A DNA stretch of 55,415 bases from Thiobacillus sp. (GTDB lineage: Bacteria; Pseudomonadota; Gammaproteobacteria; Burkholderiales; Thiobacillaceae), in the NCBI GenBank assembly GCA_019459705.1, contig JAIBFE010000179.1, positions 1-55,415 of the forward strand, read 5' to 3'. Each line of letters opens with the position of its first letter. Position 1 is the stretch's first letter. The notes below the pieces were generated by a model, which was given only the letters and a program-made list of their open reading frames with translations, ran no database searches and was not told where the DNA came from. The position numbers and the translations under genes are program-made. Positions 28,315-37,389 of the stretch are shown here, piece after piece.

Positions 28315-31300
28315 TCAGGTCCGGACGAAGGCCTGCAGCTTTTCCCAAAGTTCCGTGGTCAAGTCGGGATGGGATGCCGCGATATCGTGCTGGCACGAGG
28401 GGTCGGTTTCCAGATCGAAAAGCCTGAGCGCGTGTCCCCCCTCCAGGGGCTGATAAACCAGCTTCCAGCGGCCCCGCCGAATCATGCGATCCTTCGCTGC
28501 CATGATGCTTTCGCAATACGCCGGTTTGATCCCCAGTGTGCCGCGGTCGCGGTCCGGCACATCGATCAGTTCCAGCAAATCGGGATAGCGAAGATGCGTG
28601 TCAGGCAGGCCTGGAATGTCGGTGATCCAGATGCCGGTTTCGTTGAACGCGTCTAGTTCCGGGCAGGCAGCGCCCCCCGTCAGGCAGGTCGCGAGAGACA
28701 CGCCGTCCATATTGCCTGATGGTGGCGCATCGACCAGTTCGAGCAGGGTGGGCGCAATGTCGATCGAGCGCACGACGGCGTCGATCCTGCCCTGTGCCGG
28801 TTTGCGCGGGTCGCGGATCACCAGTGGGATGCGCGGGCTGGCTTCACCCACCGCGGAATTGCCTTGTCCCCAGCTGTCGTGTTCGAAAAATCCCATGCCG
28901 TGATCCGAGTAGACGACGACGATCGTGTTTTCTGCGAGTCCGCAGGCTTCTAGATGGGCGAGCATCTTGCCGACTTCATCGTCGAATTCCGCCACGCAGC
29001 CGTCGTAGAGATCGATGATCTGGTCAAGATCGAATTCCTCCCTGGGCGCGCCCTGCCTGCGAAGAATCTCGAAGGGGTCGGTCAGCCGTGCCATCGCAAA
29101 CTTGGATTCGCCTTGGTAGGTCGGGTCAGCGAAGCGCACATACCATGGCCATTCCGAAGCAAAGGGAGGATGCGTGGTGGAATAGAACACATTGAGGAAG
29201 AACGGCGCGCTGTCTGCCGCCAGGCGCGAGACGAGGCGGCGGGCACGTTTGCCGATGGGTTGGGTGAGGGGGACCCCGCCCAGATAGTAGAGCTCCGGCA
29301 GCATCAGGCGGCCCAGGCGGTTGTGGGTGAACAGCGACAGATATAGGCGCAGGTCCTTTGGCCCCTGGCGGATCAGATACTTCAGATTCCACTGGTCTTC
29401 CGGCAGATCGGTGTGGTCGAAACCGAATGAGAACTTTCCCATGTCTCCGCCGCACCAGTCCGACAATGCCGCAGTACGATAGCCTTGGGTCTTCAGCAGC
29501 TGCGGCAATGCGTCCACCTTGAGACGGGTTTCTTCATCAGGAACGAAATTGTCGCGGATGCCGTGGGTGTGCGGCCAGGTCCCGGTCAGCATCGAGATCA
29601 GGCTGGGCGCCGTGCGCGCGCAGGGCACATAACAGTTGGCGAACAGCGTGCCGGCTGCGGCCAGCGAATCGATGTTCGGCGTTAGCGCGCGGCGGTAGCC
29701 CAGGGCACCCAGGCGATCGGCGCGCAGCGTATCGGATCCGATCATCAGGATGTTGGGCGGCGCATCCGCTGCACGCGCCTGCGGCTTGCCTGGCGCGCGC
29801 GCCTGAGGTTGCCAGCCTATCGAGACGATCGTGCCGACCATAAACAGCATGGCTGCCCATAACGCTATCAGGTCGCCGATTCGGTTCTCCCGTGCGAGTT
29901 GCCAGGAGGCGGCCGCGAACAGCACCCCGGTCAGACTTATTACCCCCCATTGCAGGCCTGCGATCCGGGCCGGGGTCATCCACTGCCAGAGTTGGTAGAG
30001 TCTGCTCATGCGGTAATGCATCGAGGCCACCAGCAAGCCCGGATTGAAGCGAAGCTTGCGGATAAACTGCAGCGAGAAGGCACCCAGTACCCCGAGGATG
30101 GCGGCAATGAAGGCCAGACCCGACGACCACGTTGCGCCGAGTGCCGTGTTGAGCATGAAGTACAGCAATACCCCCGCGCCACCGGTGAAAAGCATCAGGA
30201 TAAGAGTCCAGGCGGTTAGCCGTGCCAGCGCATACAGGGTGTAGCGACGGAAGTGGGTGAGAATTTCCTTGCGAATGCGTGGCCCGGTCTGGGAGAAATC
30301 GAGCAGAGATTTGACAAGCAGCGCGGTCGAGCCCAGCACCGCCACACCCAGGGCGGGTAACAGGCCGGACCACTTGGACTGACCGCTGGCGAACCAGGCA
30401 ATCAGGCCGCTGGCAAGGGTGAGGAGCACCAGGATTTCGATGCCCAGCATGCTGCGGTCGGGCGGCAGGCGATCCTGGGTCTGCCTGGACTGGTTTCGAA
30501 GTTGCTCGAAGGCGCCGGTCAGTTCACCCAGGCTGGCCGCGAATCTGACGAGATAGAAAAAACGTCGGTCTGCCTGTTGCGTGAACAAGGCGCTGCCAAG
30601 GTGTTCGAGTATTTTCCTGAACATGTAGAGACGAGGCCGGGGCGCGTCCTGGCGAATCAGGAGATTGGCACGTGTGCGCAGGAAGCTTTTGCGCAGGGTG
30701 TAAGACGCGCTCATCCGCTTGGCATCAATCGCATGCAGTTGCCGAACACTGGGCAGATAGCGGATGGAAAACCCTTTGCCCACCGCGCGCATCAGAAAAT
30801 CGTGATCTTCCCCGCCCGCGAGGTTATGACCGGTCGGGCCCAGGCCCACTGAAAACAGGCCGGCTGCATCAAAGACCAGTCGCCGCACAACGATGTTTCC
30901 TCCGCTGGGATAACGGTCCTGGGGCGCGATCACGATGGAATGGCGTCCCAGATCGAACTCAGGGAATGGGCGGATGGGAATGGCGTAATCACCCTGCGTG
31001 TGGACCCAGGATGGCTCGCTGCCATCCCAGGCAGGCCAAATTCGCCCACAGTAGATGGCCTCGTCCGGATAGGCGTCCATTCCATTGAGCAGGTTGCCCA
31101 GGAAGCCTGTCTCGACCTTCTGGTCGTCATCGATAAAGCAAAGCACGTCATGCGGACAGTGAGCGATGGCGGCATTCAGCGCATGCGATTTTCCGGCTTT
31201 CGGCTCTTCGATCCATGAGAGCTTCAGGGCGTCCTGCGGGTGGGCTGCCTTGAAATCAGCCAGCCGTTCCAGGGTGTCGTCGCTACAGTTGTTGGCCACC

Positions 31301-31425
31301 ACGACGATGTCAACGCATTCCTGACCAGCGTAGCCACACGCATACAGGGAAGTCAGCGTCTGGGTCAGCGAGGCACTGCGGTTGTAGGTGCAGATGACGA
31401 CTGCGAGCCGGTTGCTGGTCGACAT
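28315..31425 (-). CDS. Fusion: GT2 glycosyltransferase + multi-TM region + sulfatase-like (alkaline-phosphatase superfamily) domain
   Basis: N-term ICTYNR, CFIDDD, GGED; about six hydrophobic segments; C-term PNILMIGSDTLRAD, TAPSLISMLTG, YDG.V...D, YSDHG, RSIDIAPT, L.DLETDP. Confidence 0.85.
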   Translation of the reverse strand: MSTSNRLAVVICTYNRSASLTQTLTSLYACGYAGQECVDIVVVANNCSDDTLERLADFKAAHPQDALKLSWIEEPKAGKSHALNAAIAHCPHDVLCFIDDDQKVETGFLGNLLNGMDAYPDEAIYCGRIWPAWDGSEPSWVHTQGDYAIPIRPFPEFDLGRHSIVIAPQDRYPSGGNIVVRRLVFDAAGLFSVGLGPTGHNLAGGEDHDFLMRAVGKGFSIRYLPSVRQLHAIDAKRMSASYTLRKSFLRTRANLLIRQDAPRPRLYMFRKILEHLGSALFTQQADRRFFYLVRFAASLGELTGAFEQLRNQSRQTQDRLPPDRSMLGIEILVLLTLASGLIAWFASGQSKWSGLLPALGVAVLGSTALLVKSLLDFSQTGPRIRKEILTHFRRYTLYALARLTAWTLILMLFTGGAGVLLYFMLNTALGATWSSGLAFIAAILGVLGAFSLQFIRKLRFNPGLLVASMHYRMSRLYQLWQWMTPARIAGLQWGVISLTGVLFAAASWQLARENRIGDLIALWAAMLFMVGTIVSIGWQPQARAPGKPQARAADAPPNILMIGSDTLRADRLGALGYRRALTPNIDSLAAAGTLFANCYVPCARTAPSLISMLTGTWPHTHGIRDNFVPDEETRLKVDALPQLLKTQGYRTAALSDWCGGDMGKFSFGFDHTDLPEDQWNLKYLIRQGPKDLRLYLSLFTHNRLGRLMLPELYYLGGVPLTQPIGKRARRLVSRLAADSAPFFLNVFYSTTHPPFASEWPWYVRFADPTYQGESKFAMARLTDPFEILRRQGAPREEFDLDQIIDLYDGCVAEFDDEVGKMLAHLEACGLAENTIVVVYSDHGMGFFEHDSWGQGNSAVGEASPRIPLVIRDPRKPAQGRIDAVVRSIDIAPTLLELVDAPPSGNMDGVSLATCLTGGAACPELDAFNETGIWITDIPGLPDTHLRYPDLLELIDVPDRDRGTLGIKPAYCESIMAAKDRMIRRGRWKLVYQPLEGGHALRLFDLETDPSCQHDIAASHPDLTTELWEKLQAFVRT

Positions 31426-31429
31426 GGAT

Positions 31430-32359
31430 TCAACCCGGTCCAGCGCGTCCGTGCTTGCGGAGCACGGTCAGCCATTCCTTGATGTGTTCACCCTCGGTTC
31501 GCATGTCCCATCGGTGGCCGGTTCGCCGAAAAGGATAGACGCCCTTTTCCACTGCCCAGATCAGGTCGTCCAGATAGCGCACGTAATTTTCGTCATGGCG
31601 CCACGGATGGATTGTCCAGTGATCGAGTGTCGTCAGATTCCACTGCTCGTACCCTTTTTGCCTGAAGGTATGAGTCAGGCTGTTTTCCAGGGGCTCGCCC
31701 GGCTTTGCTTGCAAGAGCGGCAAGCAGGCTTTGAACTTGGCCATATCCATCAGAAAGTAGCGGGTCGAGGTGAAATCCACTCGCCGCCATTTCTCCTTGG
31801 GTGCGGTCTCGAAAGAATGCCCGGTCAGCTTCTCCAGCCAGTTTCTGGCTTGGGGTGGCCCGGCGCGCGGGCAGGTAACGATGACATGCGGCTCCTGCCG
31901 CATCAGCGCAATGCCTTCCGCGATCCACGAACCCACGCCTGCGCGATGGAACAGCATGTCGGAATCTGCGTGGAATGCATAGTCGCCCTGGCACCGGTCA
32001 AGTGCGTAGAGGTATTGGTAAATGGGCGCACCGGAGAAATCCTTCAGATCGATTTTCTCGCACCCGAAATAGGTGCGCAGAATGCGCTGCTGCTCTTCTG
32101 CTGTCCAGGGAATGACGTCCACCCGGTCGATGACGTTGTCATCCAGAAGTCGCTGGAGGATTGCCTCGATCGCATTCCGGCTGCCTTGAATGCGTTCAGC
32201 GTACTTTCCCTCCTGGCTGCCGGGATCGTACGCAACGAGCCGTTCGGAGAAGGGATGATTCAACGCGGGCAGCATATGCCGCAGCGTCGCCTCCAGAAAG
32301 GGCGCGTCGGAGTTGCAGACGTTGATGGTGAAGCTGACGTTGGAAGTGGCCGATGGCAT
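31430..32359 (-). CDS. Hypothetical GT-A-fold glycosyltransferase-like protein
   Basis: YAFHADSDMLF (DxD), LE and IHP motifs typical of GT-A; operon context. Confidence 0.5.
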   Translation of the reverse strand: MPSATSNVSFTINVCNSDAPFLEATLRHMLPALNHPFSERLVAYDPGSQEGKYAERIQGSRNAIEAILQRLLDDNVIDRVDVIPWTAEEQQRILRTYFGCEKIDLKDFSGAPIYQYLYALDRCQGDYAFHADSDMLFHRAGVGSWIAEGIALMRQEPHVIVTCPRAGPPQARNWLEKLTGHSFETAPKEKWRRVDFTSTRYFLMDMAKFKACLPLLQAKPGEPLENSLTHTFRQKGYEQWNLTTLDHWTIHPWRHDENYVRYLDDLIWAVEKGVYPFRRTGHRWDMRTEGEHIKEWLTVLRKHGRAGPG

Positions 32360-32380
32360 GAAATTTCCTGGCAGCGAAAG

Positions 32381-33391
32381 TTATTTCTCGATGGGTGTGT
32401 GTGTGGGCTTCGGTGAGCGCTTGATGCGCTTGACAATATCCCGCGCACCCTCTGGCATGGCACAGTATGCGTACTTTACCCAGGAGGGAAGATCGGCCGG
32501 GCGGTACGTGACTGCCCTTGCAAAAAGCGCGCGTGCCGTCGCGTAATCATGCAGGTAATACATGGTGTAGTTTGCAGCGCTTCTGCACATGCCATGCATG
32601 CGATTACGGAATGGCCTGGACGGCACACGGCGCCTGGCTTCCGGGAATCGATCCAGTATTGAGTCCAGCGCTTTGAGGCGGATCATCAACATCCTGTATC
32701 CTTGGTTGGACTGCTGCCCCGGATGGGCACGCCAATATCCGACTATGGTTTGCAGGTGCCCAACGGGATAGCGCAAAGCAATGCGCAACCACAGCTCATA
32801 GTCGTCTACGCCCGGCAGGCTTGCATCGAAAGGACCCACGTCATCGAGGACCTCGCGCGGAATCATGGTCGTCAGTGGCTGAATGTCGTTCGAGATGAAT
32901 ATCTCCGCAAACACGTCGCGCACCTCTATCGGCGCGTCCGGGTTGTCGAATCGTTCTGCCGGGAGCTCACGGTAAGCAGGCAGCAGTTCTCCCTGCGGGT
33001 CGATACGCGCGTAGCGTGCGTGCATCAAGCCTACTTCCGGATGCGCCTGGATTGCGGCCACCTGGTATTCCAGCTTGTGTGGCAACCAGACGTCGTCCTG
33101 ATCCAGAAAAGCGATCAATTCACCCTTCGCCATGGTCAGGGCCCGATTGCGGCTCGCTGCGACGCCACCATTCTGCTCATTCCGTACAAACCTTACGCGT
33201 CCGTCTGACAGATAGTGTTCGATGACAGATACGGACCCATCAGACGAGCAGTCGTCCACGATGACGAGTTCCAGATTCGCGTACGACTGTCGGAGTGCGC
33301 TTTCAATGGCCGCGGAAAGGTAAGCTCCGCCGTTGTAAACGGCCATGATGACCGTTACTAATGGATGCGTTGTGCCTTGAGCAGTTTTCAT
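32381..33391 (-). CDS. GT2 glycosyltransferase
   Basis: VIMAVYN, IVDDCSSD, SRN.A, AFLDQDD, DDYELWLR. Confidence 0.9.
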   Translation of the reverse strand: MKTAQGTTHPLVTVIMAVYNGGAYLSAAIESALRQSYANLELVIVDDCSSDGSVSVIEHYLSDGRVRFVRNEQNGGVAASRNRALTMAKGELIAFLDQDDVWLPHKLEYQVAAIQAHPEVGLMHARYARIDPQGELLPAYRELPAERFDNPDAPIEVRDVFAEIFISNDIQPLTTMIPREVLDDVGPFDASLPGVDDYELWLRIALRYPVGHLQTIVGYWRAHPGQQSNQGYRMLMIRLKALDSILDRFPEARRRVPSRPFRNRMHGMCRSAANYTMYYLHDYATARALFARAVTYRPADLPSWVKYAYCAMPEGARDIVKRIKRSPKPTHTPIEK

Positions 33392-33435
33392 GGTGGATGC
33401 ACCGTTACAGTAGGAGAGGGGTCATGGGCAGGCAC

Positions 33436-34353
33436 TCACGGTCGCCGCGCCTCCCAAAGCCCAAGAAAGGTCCCGAGAAAATGGCACACGACCATCTCCC
33501 GGTTGAAGGCCTCGTCACTTGACTGGGTGAGGTGTCCGACAGGCACGCGCATCACTGCCCGAAGAAACTGCGGCACCATATATAACGGTATGTTGCACAC
33601 GCGCCGCTCCCCGGCCACCCCGCGACTTATTGCCAGATTCTTGCTTGTCTGCATCCGCCATCGCCGAAAATAGCGCTTGGTCAGCCGAAAGCTCTCCACC
33701 TTGTGGTGCACTCTCGATCTGCCCAGAAAAACCGCCTTGCATCCGGCATTGAGAATACGCTCGAACATCTCGCCGTCCTCGCCGCTGGCGAGCACCTTGC
33801 CCTTGCGGCCTCGGCTGGTGTCGAACAGTCCCGCCCGGTCGAACACTGCTTTGCGGAACGCCATGTTTGCGCCGAAAGGTGCCTGGCTCGGCTCGCTGAT
33901 GATGTAGTCGTCGCTGCGATCCGTGCGAACTGCCAGGAAACCGTAGAACCGTTCGGTCAGCCAGGCAGGAGGAACCGTTTCCCATATCGGTGCGATATAC
34001 CCCCCGCAGGCATCGGCCTGGTGCCTGGCCAATCCATCGAGCGTGGTTTCCAGCCACTCGGGTTCGGGCAGCACGTCGTCATCTGTGAACAGGATGACTT
34101 CGCCGGTCGCCTCGGCGATGCCGCGATTGCGTGCGTGTGACAGCCCTTGCGCAGACTCGAACACGTAGCGCAGGCGTGGCCAGTCGCGCTGGGCCGCTTC
34201 GACAACCTGGCGGGTGTGATCGCGCGAATTGTTGTCCACCACCAGGACTTCCCATTGAAGGTCCGGCGGGGCCTTCAGTGCAGCGAGCGCAGCGAGCGTG
34301 TCCTTGAGGGACTCGGCGCGGTTATAGCTGCAAACGATGATGCTGGCGTCCAT
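33436..34353 (-). CDS. GT2 glycosyltransferase
   Basis: IVCSYNR, VVDNNS.D, GLSHARN.G, FTDDD, GANMAFR, SGED. Confidence 0.9.
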   Translation of the reverse strand: MDASIIVCSYNRAESLKDTLAALAALKAPPDLQWEVLVVDNNSRDHTRQVVEAAQRDWPRLRYVFESAQGLSHARNRGIAEATGEVILFTDDDVLPEPEWLETTLDGLARHQADACGGYIAPIWETVPPAWLTERFYGFLAVRTDRSDDYIISEPSQAPFGANMAFRKAVFDRAGLFDTSRGRKGKVLASGEDGEMFERILNAGCKAVFLGRSRVHHKVESFRLTKRYFRRWRMQTSKNLAISRGVAGERRVCNIPLYMVPQFLRAVMRVPVGHLTQSSDEAFNREMVVCHFLGTFLGLWEARRP

Positions 34354-34359
34354 GGCGCG

Positions 34360-35280
34360 CTACCAGTCGTAACCGAGCCGGGTACTGACGGGCGCCACCG
34401 AACGCTTCAGCAGCCAGCGTTCCAGCGCATTGACCTGGACTTTTTCCCCGCCACGCTCGGAACTTCCGACTTTCTTGGACAGGACCGCATGGTCGGTCTG
34501 GATGCCAAGGTAGGCATCCAGCTCGGCGAGCGGGGGCTTCGGGCCGATCAGGTCCTCGTAGCGCAGAAGCATCGCCCCGATCGATTCTGCACCTTCGAGA
34601 TACCCTTCCATCAGTCGCCGCCAGTGCGTGCCGAAAGCGGTCGGCGTGAACACCGGGCGATCGGGAAAGACGTCATACCAGCTGCGGCCGTATCGGCAAT
34701 AGGAGCGGTAGGCTTCGAGCGGGTGGCGATAGAGCAGTACGAAGCGCGCCTTGGGATAAAGCCAGCGCAGGTAGCGTGCATGCTCGATGCCCAGGCGCAC
34801 TTCCTTGACACCCCAGCGGACAGCGCCAGCCTGGGTCGCAGGGGCGTCGAACAGGGCGTCGTGGAAGGCCCGATGCGCGCGCCAGAGAGCATCGGGCGCA
34901 GGAAACAGGTTGGCGACCCAGCTGCCGGTCAGCTGTCCTGGCGGTGTGCCGTCATAGTAGTACTCGGCGGGCGGCCAGCCGGGGCGGAAGGCCTTCAGGG
35001 TATCGGCCATCGCCTGGATCGGGCCGCATTCATCGTAAGGCTCGCCCCAGATCAGCACCCGCTTGTCCGACATCACCAGGCGTTGCAGCAGCGTTGAGCC
35101 CGAGCGCCATCCTGCCGACAGGAGAAAAATCGGCGCGACCGTATCGTCTTCGGGGGCCGAACAGCTTGCTTCCAGCGCGGCAAGCCCGCTTGAAATGCCG
35201 GTGTAGTCTTGGGTGAGCTGGCGATGCTGGGCGCGGGCTTGTGCGGGGCCTTTCAGCGCAGTCTGAATAGTGCGGATCAT
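34360..35280 (-). CDS. PAPS-dependent sulfotransferase (second, divergent)
   Basis: FLLSAGWRSGSTLLQR (5'-PSB), WGEP, WGVKE, YP.ARFVLLYRHP..AYRSY (3'-PB), LRYEDL. Confidence 0.85.
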   Translation of the reverse strand: MIRTIQTALKGPAQARAQHRQLTQDYTGISSGLAALEASCSAPEDDTVAPIFLLSAGWRSGSTLLQRLVMSDKRVLIWGEPYDECGPIQAMADTLKAFRPGWPPAEYYYDGTPPGQLTGSWVANLFPAPDALWRAHRAFHDALFDAPATQAGAVRWGVKEVRLGIEHARYLRWLYPKARFVLLYRHPLEAYRSYCRYGRSWYDVFPDRPVFTPTAFGTHWRRLMEGYLEGAESIGAMLLRYEDLIGPKPPLAELDAYLGIQTDHAVLSKKVGSSERGGEKVQVNALERWLLKRSVAPVSTRLGYDW

Positions 35281-35284
35281 GGAT

Positions 35285-36265
35285 TCAAGGTTTTGGGGGA
35301 ACGTAGGCGAGCATGCCATGCTGCTTGATGCGATCCAGCAAGGCAGCGCGGGTGTCGCCGAAATTTGCAGCACCTGAACGGAACCGCTCGAACAGCGGCT
35401 GAATGTCATCGGCAAGCGCCCGCTTGAGTCGTGCAGTGCCGCGCTGCGTGAGCCACGCGCCGAGCCGGTATGACAGTCGCTCGCGGATCGCGTGCGCACG
35501 GCGCAGTCCGGCATCCTTGAGCTCGGCGGGGTGTTGCAACAACAGTCCTGCGAGAATGTCGGTTGCGGCGCTGACGTCGACGGCGCCATTCTTGTAGCGC
35601 GCCAGAACATCGGATGCCTTCACCTCGGCAAAGCGCGACAGGTACAGGGTGTCGTCGTCGCGGCGGAAATAGTAGAGCGGCTCGGCAATGTGGCAGAAGC
35701 GGAAGTGCCGCGATGCCCGCAGAAAGTAATCGTAGTCCTCGACCAGAAACAGATCAGGGTCGTAATCACCGACGTCCTCACACAGCCTGCGGGTATACAG
35801 GAAGCAGGCGCCGATATGGTTGCCTTTTTCGAGTTGCAGCTTGCCGGGCAGCCTGTCGTGGTGAATGTCGAGGGGCCGGCCTTCTGCGTCCTCTTCCGAG
35901 AACAGCCAATAATCCGCATAGACAAGGTCGCAGTCCCCTGCTTGCAGGCGCGCGACCATCTTTTCGATGGCATTTTCGGCTAACAGATTGTCGTCCGAGG
36001 TCCAGGTGAGAAAGTCGCCCTGTGCTACCGAGAATCCACGGTTGAGGGCGCGCGGCAGTTTCAGATTCGGGTCGTTCCTGATGTAGCGGATGCGCGGGTC
36101 GTCGAATGACTTCACCACGGCAGCAGTTTCGTCCGGCGAGTTGTCATCCACGATGATCAGCTCCAGATTGGCGTAGGTCTGCGCCAGCACGCTGCGGATT
36201 GCGTGCGCCAGCAGATGCGCCCGCTTGTAGGTGGGCAGGACGATGCTGACCAGCGGCTGACTCAC
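35285..36265 (-). CDS. GT2 glycosyltransferase
   Basis: SIVLPTY, IVDDNS.D, ALN.G, TWTSDDN, VEDYDY.LR; GTG start overlapping the wecB stop. Confidence 0.9.
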   Translation of the reverse strand: MSQPLVSIVLPTYKRAHLLAHAIRSVLAQTYANLELIIVDDNSPDETAAVVKSFDDPRIRYIRNDPNLKLPRALNRGFSVAQGDFLTWTSDDNLLAENAIEKMVARLQAGDCDLVYADYWLFSEEDAEGRPLDIHHDRLPGKLQLEKGNHIGACFLYTRRLCEDVGDYDPDLFLVEDYDYFLRASRHFRFCHIAEPLYYFRRDDDTLYLSRFAEVKASDVLARYKNGAVDVSAATDILAGLLLQHPAELKDAGLRRAHAIRERLSYRLGAWLTQRGTARLKRALADDIQPLFERFRSGAANFGDTRAALLDRIKQHGMLAYVPPKP

Positions 36266-37389
36266 GCGGCAGGCCCCAGGTCAGCCAGGATTTTCTGCAC
36301 GATCCTGGCGCTTGCCGTGCCGTCACCGTAGGGATTGGCGCGCGTCGCCATCGCCTGATACGTGGCCGGGTCATCGAGCAGGCGGCTCGCTTCGCGCACG
36401 ATGTCGTCGGCGTCCATGCCGACCAGCTTCAGGGTGCCGGCTTCGACGCCTTCCTGGCGCTCGGTCACCTTGCGCAGCACGAGCACGGGCTTGCCCAGGC
36501 TGGGCGCCTCTTCCTGCAGGCCGCCGGAATCGGTCAGCACCAGATGCGCGCGCTTCATCAGATGCACCAGCGGCAGGTAGTCGAGCGGATCGAGCAGCCG
36601 CACGTTGGGGATGTCGGCGAGATATTTGCCGACGACCGCGCGTACATTGGGATTGCGGTGCACCGGATAGACCAGCTCGATGTCGTCGGCATATTTCCGG
36701 GCGAGTTCGGCGAGACCCTTGCAGATCGACTCGAACGGCCCGCCGAAGCTTTCGCGCCGATGGGCGGTGACGAGCACGATGCGTTTCGTATCGAACGGAA
36801 TCGCTTCCAGCGACGAGCCCGCAATCTCGAAGGGGCGGGTGGAAACATCGAGCAATGCATCGATCACCGTGTTGCCGGTGACCGCGATCGCCGACTCGGC
36901 GATGCCTTCGTTCAGCAAATGCTGTTTCGCTTTGCCGCTGTGCGCGAAAAACAGGTCGGCCACCGCGTCAATCATCTTGCGGTTGGCTTCCTCGGGGTAG
37001 GGGTGATGCTTGTCGAAGGTGCGCAGACCGGCTTCGACGTGGCCGATCTTCACGCCGGCGTAAAACGCCGCGAGCGCCGCCGCCATCGAGGTTGTGGTGT
37101 CGCCCTGCACCAGCAACAGGTCGAACTTCTCCTCGCGCAGTATGCGGCCGACTTCGGCAAGCACCGAGGTCGTGATGTGTTCGAGCGTCTGATTCTCGCG
37201 CATCAGGTTGAGCTCATAATCGGCGCGGATGCCGAACAGCTCGATCAGCGGCGCCACCATGTCCTTGTGCTGGCCGGTCAGGCAATTGCGGTTGTCGATC
37301 ACGCCGGGGTGGCGTTCCAGCTCGGCGATCAGCGGCGCCATCTTGATGGCCTCCGGCCGGGTGCCGAAAACGGTCAGAACCTTAAGCAT
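36262..37389 (-). CDS. wecB: UDP-N-acetylglucosamine 2-epimerase, non-hydrolysing (classical)
   Basis: FGTRPEAIKMAP, TGQH, QGDTTT, HVEAGLRT, PEE.NR, TGNTVIDA, TAHRRE, TDSGG.QEE, NPYGDG. Confidence 0.93.
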   Translation of the reverse strand: MLKVLTVFGTRPEAIKMAPLIAELERHPGVIDNRNCLTGQHKDMVAPLIELFGIRADYELNLMRENQTLEHITTSVLAEVGRILREEKFDLLLVQGDTTTSMAAALAAFYAGVKIGHVEAGLRTFDKHHPYPEEANRKMIDAVADLFFAHSGKAKQHLLNEGIAESAIAVTGNTVIDALLDVSTRPFEIAGSSLEAIPFDTKRIVLVTAHRRESFGGPFESICKGLAELARKYADDIELVYPVHRNPNVRAVVGKYLADIPNVRLLDPLDYLPLVHLMKRAHLVLTDSGGLQEEAPSLGKPVLVLRKVTERQEGVEAGTLKLVGMDADDIVREASRLLDDPATYQAMATRANPYGDGTASARIVQKILADLGPAA

